From Candidatus Obscuribacteraceae bacterium (GTDB taxonomy: Bacteria; Cyanobacteriota; Vampirovibrionia; Obscuribacterales; Obscuribacteraceae): a DNA stretch of 64,000 nt. The stretch spans positions 64,001-128,000 of the forward strand of contig JBGAHS010000001.1 of NCBI GenBank assembly GCA_044226015.1, in the 5' to 3' direction. The notes below the pieces were generated by a model that worked only from the letters and a program-made list of their open reading frames with translations, had not been told where the DNA came from and made no database searches. This document shows positions 58,545 to 64,000 of the stretch, one piece after another. The translations under genes and the position numbers were made by a program. Within the stretch, counting starts at the first letter, position 1. Every line of letters begins with the position of its first letter.

Positions 58545-60539
58545 TTAACCTGAGAGCAACTCGAAAAATTGAACTCGGCAGTTGCCACGATCAGCCACGT
58601 AGAGCACGTTGTTATCGGGGTCGATGCTCAAATCAGAAGGACCCATAAATCTACCGGGTTCTGTTCCTCTGCCGCCAAATTGATAGAGATAGTCTCCAGC
58701 GGTTGAGAAAACTTGAATGCGATGGTTCAAAGAATCTGCTACATAAACGCGGTCTTGCTTATCGATTGCAATTCCGCGAGGAACATTGAATTCACCTTTG
58801 CCTGTGCCTTTTCCACCCCATGCGCGTTGAAAAAGCCCGGCTTTAGAGAAGACTGAAATTTTCGAAGTTCCATAGTCAACAACAAAGAGTTGCCCAAATC
58901 TGTCCAGCGAGATTCCCTGAGGAAGCTGAAGCTGACCTTCGCCAGAGCCCTTGTTTCCGATTTTTCTCATCCATGAACCCATCTCTGCCGAAATAACATG
59001 GACGCAGCCATTATCGGGGTCGGAAAAATAGAGGTTGCCGACGGTGTCGCAATACATTCCTAAAATGCCACCATCTTTTCCATGCTGGTTTTTGAACTCG
59101 CGCATGAACATACCCTGTCCATCAAATACACGAATCCACTGGTCAGAGGTATCAGCAGCGTAAATTCGACCTCTGGTGTCGACAGTTACGCTAGATGGTT
59201 TCGAGAAAATGCCACCATTTGTTTTTGATGTTTTTACTGCTGGGTTTGGACGCGACTCACCCATCTGACGTCCATCTCTGCCGAAGACCTGAAATTTTCT
59301 TGTCGAGGTGTCTGCAACCACGATTTTGCCGCCGCGAGCAGCAATAGCTGATGGTTCCTGAAAGCAGCCCGGTCCATCACCTGCTCGTCCGATTTGACCT
59401 ATAACTTTTGCCAGTTGTACAGATTGCGTAATTGGCTTGATTTGCCCAGCAGCGGGCTTGTTTGCCTCTGATGTGCGACCAGCGAGCCACGGCTTAACAA
59501 CAGCTTTGGGTGCCTCATCACCGTGGTGTGCTCCTAGCGGATGCAGCGCGGGTGCGCCTGCGCTTGGTGGGCGCAACCCTGATGGTGGCGTCAACTTGGC
59601 GCTTCCGCCAGCCCCGCCTCCCATGGGTATTCCTGGGGCGTATGAGCTGCTTGTGCCGCCTCCGGTGAGTCCTGAGCGCAGCATGCTGCCAGAGGACGAT
59701 CCCCGTGTCACGTTTAGCGCTCTATCAAATTCTTTTTCGAACTCAGTGACTGTTGCGTATCTGTCAGCTGATTTCTTGCGCATCGCTTTTGCAATAACCG
59801 AGGCAACATCAGGTGAAATTTCTGGATTCACTTCGTTAGCGGGTTTTGCCTCTTTCGAAATAATTGCCATCAAGGTTGAAGTCAAACCGTCTCCGGCAAA
59901 TGGAACCTGTCCAGCAAGCGCTTCGTAAGCCACCACTGCTAGTGAATAGATATCGGCGCGATGATCGACCTGGCGAGCGTCTTGCAGCTGTTCAGGCGAA
60001 ACGTAGGATAGAGTTCCTAGCATTACACCTGGTTTTGTCAGGTTGGAATTGTCTGCTTCTGACGACCGCGCAATACCAAAGTCGGTGATTTTTACTTTGC
60101 CATCAGGCAGAATGAAAATGTTGTCTGGCTTGATGTCTCTATGAACAAGTGTTTGCTCATGTGCGTGAGCAAGACCTTCGCAAGTTTGTTTGAAAATTGG
60201 ATAGAACTCTTCGTTTGTCAGCTTCTGTCCATTGCTGCGCTCAAGCATCTGTCGCAAGCTTTGTCCGTCGAGAAGTTCCATGACGTAATAAGCATTGTCG
60301 GCATTTATAGATACATCAAAAATGGAAATGAGGTTGGGATGGCTCAGCCCCGCCGCAAGAATCGCTTCTCTGCGAAATCGCTCTCTGAACTCATCTTTCT
60401 TATCCGGGTCTACGTTGTCCAGAATAAGTTGCTTGATTGCAACCTGACGGTTCAAGCGCGGGTCTTCGGCCTTATAAATAATGCCCATGCCACCGCGGCC
60501 AATCTCACAAATTATTTTGTACTGTCCGAAGTTCTGCAT
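58545..60539 (-). CDS. Ser/Thr protein kinase with C-terminal NHL-repeat beta-propeller
   Basis: GRGGMG, HRDIKPDN, DFG and YVSPEQ; G.G.GEFN.PRGIAID...VYVADSLNHRIQVF repeats; no TM helix. Confidence 0.93.
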   Translation of the reverse strand: MQNFGQYKIICEIGRGGMGIIYKAEDPRLNRQVAIKQLILDNVDPDKKDEFRERFRREAILAAGLSHPNLISIFDVSINADNAYYVMELLDGQSLRQMLERSNGQKLTNEEFYPIFKQTCEGLAHAHEQTLVHRDIKPDNIFILPDGKVKITDFGIARSSEADNSNLTKPGVMLGTLSYVSPEQLQDARQVDHRADIYSLAVVAYEALAGQVPFAGDGLTSTLMAIISKEAKPANEVNPEISPDVASVIAKAMRKKSADRYATVTEFEKEFDRALNVTRGSSSGSMLRSGLTGGGTSSSYAPGIPMGGGAGGSAKLTPPSGLRPPSAGAPALHPLGAHHGDEAPKAVVKPWLAGRTSEANKPAAGQIKPITQSVQLAKVIGQIGRAGDGPGCFQEPSAIAARGGKIVVADTSTRKFQVFGRDGRQMGESRPNPAVKTSKTNGGIFSKPSSVTVDTRGRIYAADTSDQWIRVFDGQGMFMREFKNQHGKDGGILGMYCDTVGNLYFSDPDNGCVHVISAEMGSWMRKIGNKGSGEGQLQLPQGISLDRFGQLFVVDYGTSKISVFSKAGLFQRAWGGKGTGKGEFNVPRGIAIDKQDRVYVADSLNHRIQVFSTAGDYLYQFGGRGTEPGRFMGPSDLSIDPDNNVLYVADRGNCRVQFFELLSG

Positions 60540-60541
60540 TA

Positions 60542-60985
60542 CTAATTGATTTCGAACACAAGTTCAGTTCTGCCAAACTTGATTCTATCTCCAGGGAAGA
60601 TTTGCTTGCGTTCCGATAAAACATCGCCATTTAACAGCGTACCATTTGTACTGCCCAGGTCTTCGACAAAGTAATTGCCTTTGATGAACAAAACCCAGGC
60701 GTGGTGCCGAGAAATGTAACTATCATTGTTCAGGGAAATGTTGTTAGCTTTGTCTCGTCCAATTTTGCTAACCGACTGACTCAATGGATATCGCTCGTTT
60801 GTTTCTTTATTTACCAACATGGCTCCGTGCATTGAAGCCTGTCCCGATGGCTGAGAAATAAAGCTGCTAATGTCACCAGAATCAGTACCGCTGCTCATGG
60901 TCGAGGGACCACAAAAGCCGCATTGACCAGCAGCATTTACCATGCCGCCACATCGTCCACATTTTTGATCTGTACCGCTCATCAA
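60542..60985 (-). CDS. FHA domain protein with N-terminal CxxC...CxxC
   Basis: IGR, ISRHHA and DLGSTNGT motifs; CGRC/CGFC. Confidence 0.92.
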   Translation of the reverse strand: MMSGTDQKCGRCGGMVNAAGQCGFCGPSTMSSGTDSGDISSFISQPSGQASMHGAMLVNKETNERYPLSQSVSKIGRDKANNISLNNDSYISRHHAWVLFIKGNYFVEDLGSTNGTLLNGDVLSERKQIFPGDRIKFGRTELVFEIN

Positions 60986-61039
60986 CCAGCCTAACTAAGA
61001 TGCGTTTGGGTTTCGAGCACCCGTGTATTCATTTGGAAC

Positions 61040-61795
61040 CTAAGCGTTCCCATTGTCTTCTGAGTAGCGAACAACAACCACCGTCACATTGTCTGGCGCT
61101 CCGCCATCCAGAGTCTGATTCACCAGTTCGCCACAAACTTCTTCGGGGTCATTCAAGTTTTCAGTGACTCCGCTGATTTGCTCGTCTCTTAGCACTGTTG
61201 GCAAGCCGTCAGTGCAAAGGACCAACCAATCGTCGTGCTTGACATCGACAGGTGTTAGATCTATTTCTACCTTGTCATCGTGTCCAAGACATCGTGTGAT
61301 TAAGTTCTTATAAGGATTAATGCGCGCTTGTTCTTCTGTGAGTCTTCCTGCTCTTACCATCTCCTGAACTACGGAGTGATCTTGAGTCAACAAAACAGGC
61401 TTACCATCTCTCACCAGATAAGCTCTGGAGTCGCCAACGTGGGCAATTTGCAGTTTGTTGCCATCAGATTGAACTGCTACTACGACTGTGGTTCCCATTC
61501 CTCTAACCGAGGCGTCCTGCTCTGCAACGGAAAAAACTGAGCGATTTGCCAGAAGCACTGCATCCTGCAGCCATTGTTTAATCGCTTCGAGGTCGGAACT
61601 GTGAGGTCGCCGGTCATTCCAGAGCTGTGCGATTGCATCAACCGTTAGCTTGGAAGCTCTTGCGCCACCTAGCGCTCCTCCCATGCCGTCGGCGACCACA
61701 AACACTCTCTCATCCGGGCTGACATAACAATTGTCCTCGTTCTTAGGACGCTGTCTGCCTTCGTGGGTCTTAGAAGCCACACGCCATTTCAGCAT
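61040..61795 (-). CDS. PP2C-family Ser/Thr phosphatase (Stp/PrpC/PphA type)
   Basis: NED, VADGMGG, MGTT, HVGDSR, LCTDGL and DNVT motifs; ATG at 61795 overlaps the upstream stop. Confidence 0.94.
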   Translation of the reverse strand: MLKWRVASKTHEGRQRPKNEDNCYVSPDERVFVVADGMGGALGGARASKLTVDAIAQLWNDRRPHSSDLEAIKQWLQDAVLLANRSVFSVAEQDASVRGMGTTVVVAVQSDGNKLQIAHVGDSRAYLVRDGKPVLLTQDHSVVQEMVRAGRLTEEQARINPYKNLITRCLGHDDKVEIDLTPVDVKHDDWLVLCTDGLPTVLRDEQISGVTENLNDPEEVCGELVNQTLDGGAPDNVTVVVVRYSEDNGNA

Positions 61796-63708
61796 TTTTT
61801 CTCTCCGTTTTCCTGTGCTTTGCCAGAGCCGATTGATTTTGGACTCCACTTTGACAAGCGGATCAATTTCCAAAACATTATTCCCCCTAGAATAATATTC
61901 CCTATCACCATATAGAATCCAGTGTCACGATAGTTTGTCAGAATTCCTGGATTAAGTGCAAGCACCGTCATTATTGAGAGTGCGACGTAGCTGAGTCCGA
62001 TAATGCAAAAAGTAAAAAGTGATTTCTTCAAATTCCGCAATTCATGCACGTTGCGAACGCACTTCCGGCATGGACCTGGCTTCTTGGCTTCCTGGACGGG
62101 CGCAGGCAACAATTTCGTGCTGCCATTTCCATTGGAATTATTGGAATGTTCCTCTCTGACTCTTTTCAGGTTACTGACTGCCATTCCAGCAAGTTGCATC
62201 AGTCCTTGCAAAGTGGAAAGTGCTTCCATGCCTTCTATTGTGATTATCTTCTTGACCAGCGGTCGCACTGCTGAAATGAAGCTGAAGTCTGGCTTCAAAG
62301 TTCTTGCGATGCCTTCCAGTGAACTTCCTGCGCGGAGTATATATGCAAGATTTGCGGGCAGGCGCAGGCTTCGTTCGCTGACTACAGTGTCGATGTCGTG
62401 CTCAAGCTGACGGAAGTCCAGGTCGAAGAGGCTCTTGCCCGCATAGTAATCCATAAACGGCGTTATTGCTCTACCGATTGCGTCGTGATTGGTTCCAGCT
62501 CTGACAACGCCAATATCTGATAAACCTTTGACTAGCGTTTCTGCATCCTTATTTACTGTTGCAATGACACAAGACAAGATGCTTCTTCTTTGTGTTTCTG
62601 TTATTTCGCCAACCATTCCGAAGTCGAAGATTATCAGGTTGCCGCTGCGATCGACTGCAAGGTTGCCCGCATGAGGGTCTGCGTGGAAAACACCCTTGAT
62701 GACAATCTGCTCCAAAAAGGTCGTGATAAGCAGGTTGCCCACTGCTTCGGTGTCAATTCCTTTTTCTCTTAGCTCGTTAACCCGGTCGATTTTTGTGCCT
62801 TCAAGATATTCCAGCGTGAGAACTTTTCGAGCGGAATACTTCCAGATGACTCTGGGAATGCGAATCTTCGGGTTGTCGCGCAGGAGGCGGCGCATTTTGT
62901 CGGCATTTCTGCCTTCGAGTAGATAATCAACTTCGGAAAAGAGGTTTTTGCCAAATTCGTCCGACATCTCAATCCAATTATTGAAATCAAAACGCGCAGG
63001 CTTGCCGTTTTTATTTTTGCGGAACGCGTTGAATTTGGTTTTCCACTCATCGAGCTTGAGCCCAGTTTTAGCCGCCAGGCGCATCAAGCCCAGGTCGCGA
63101 TAGAAGTCGTGAGTGAGTCCGCTGCGCTGAACCTTCAGCACGGCCTGGCGTCCATCGTTCAGCTGAACGCGATGAACCTGACCAATGCTGGCTGAAGCCA
63201 GGGGAATCGGGTCGAAGTAAGCAAACAGCTGCTCAGGCGGAGCGCCGAGTTCTTGAATCACTGTCTGGCGAAGCTGCTCAATTGAAAACGGTGGAACCCT
63301 ATCTTGCAGGCTCGTCAGTTCATCGGCAATCGTGACAGGAAGCAAGTCGCGCCTGACAGAGAGGAACTGTCCGAGCTTGATGTATGTTGGACCCAGGTCT
63401 ATCAACAGCTGCTTCACTGCAGCTGCTGTTCGGCGCTCTAGTTCCTGCTTGCCGAGTTCTTTGCTGGCAAACGAAGTCCACACAGAATTAGTAAAAAAGG
63501 CAAAAAGGCTGCGAGCAACGTGCAGAAAACGTTCGTCGCGCAGACACTGCGGAAAACGCACTGTGGCATCGGCAAGCTCTGCATCGTAAACTTCATGGGG
63601 CAGGTTGTTGACGGAATTGCTCAGGCGTGTCGGCGCGGGTTTAACCGGCAATGCTGGTATTTCCGCCGGTAGTTTTGGTTCTTTCGAGCTGACCATCAGA
63701 CCCGTCAT
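61789..63708 (-). CDS. ABC1/UbiB/AarF family atypical kinase
   Basis: LGPTYIKLGQ, ASASIGQVH, KVQR, FHADPHAGN and DFGM motifs; two C-terminal TM helices. Confidence 0.94.
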   Translation of the reverse strand: MTGLMVSSKEPKLPAEIPALPVKPAPTRLSNSVNNLPHEVYDAELADATVRFPQCLRDERFLHVARSLFAFFTNSVWTSFASKELGKQELERRTAAAVKQLLIDLGPTYIKLGQFLSVRRDLLPVTIADELTSLQDRVPPFSIEQLRQTVIQELGAPPEQLFAYFDPIPLASASIGQVHRVQLNDGRQAVLKVQRSGLTHDFYRDLGLMRLAAKTGLKLDEWKTKFNAFRKNKNGKPARFDFNNWIEMSDEFGKNLFSEVDYLLEGRNADKMRRLLRDNPKIRIPRVIWKYSARKVLTLEYLEGTKIDRVNELREKGIDTEAVGNLLITTFLEQIVIKGVFHADPHAGNLAVDRSGNLIIFDFGMVGEITETQRRSILSCVIATVNKDAETLVKGLSDIGVVRAGTNHDAIGRAITPFMDYYAGKSLFDLDFRQLEHDIDTVVSERSLRLPANLAYILRAGSSLEGIARTLKPDFSFISAVRPLVKKIITIEGMEALSTLQGLMQLAGMAVSNLKRVREEHSNNSNGNGSTKLLPAPVQEAKKPGPCRKCVRNVHELRNLKKSLFTFCIIGLSYVALSIMTVLALNPGILTNYRDTGFYMVIGNIILGGIMFWKLIRLSKWSPKSIGSGKAQENGEKKC

Positions 63709-63803
63709 TTCCGTTAAAGATGCCCCCTCAATTAACTGAAACCGGCACTCAGTGCAAGGTTGTGCTTACACAAAGTGCCGGTAATGAGACTTTGAGGACC
63801 TGC

Positions 63804-64000
63804 TTATACAGCAGCTCTCATTGACTTGAGTTCGGCAAGTTCTGCTCTGAGAGTAGCAAGTTCTGCTCTCAGTTCATTGATTTCGCTGGAATCGCCAAGC
63901 GCGCCCAATGAGAAATCAGAAACTTGTCTTTTCAGCTTTTCGCGAACCTGGCTTTCCAGAACTTCAGAGCGTTGCCATACTTGCTGATAAACTTCACCTG
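63804..64000 (-). CDS. 3' end of a small coiled-coil protein (5'-partial; not in the ORF track)
   Basis: Manual translation ...EINELRAELATLRAELAELKSMRAAV*, with TAA at 63804-63806. Confidence 0.7.
   Translation of the reverse strand, partial: GEVYQQVWQRSEVLESQVREKLKRQVSDFSLGALGDSSEINELRAELATLRAELAELKSMRAAV

Noticed and set aside
1..64000. tRNA, rRNA or riboswitch genes
   Set aside because: None recognised by eye; a covariance-model search (tRNAscan-SE/Infernal) would be needed to exclude them

Overview
Bacterial chromosomal window. The gene content (several Hanks-type Ser/Thr kinases, FHA/PP2C/ABC1 cluster, DUF4101-like protein, no photosynthesis genes in view) suggests a non-photosynthetic cyanobacterial relative such as Melainabacteria/Obscuribacterales; this is inference. 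The flanks (1-15.5 kb, 38.6-64 kb) are mostly housekeeping, signalling and envelope genes. The centre (~15.6-38.2 kb) is an Rhs polymorphic-toxin locus. A complete, signal-peptide-bearing 2309-aa Rhs gene, two upstream partner genes and a divergent tyrosine recombinase lie between two arrays of truncated Rhs C-terminal 'tip + partner' cassettes: five on the minus strand to the left (plus one decayed remnant) and one on the plus strand to the right. All seven tips start at the same codon with an invariant 13-bp core CACCCAATTTTCG, and four carry a conserved non-coding ~40-bp leader. The inverted geometry fits a shufflon-like multiple-inversion system that swaps the tip on the full-length Rhs protein. 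This is a sequence-based hypothesis and has not been demonstrated. Family calls come from motif recognition only; no database searches were run.
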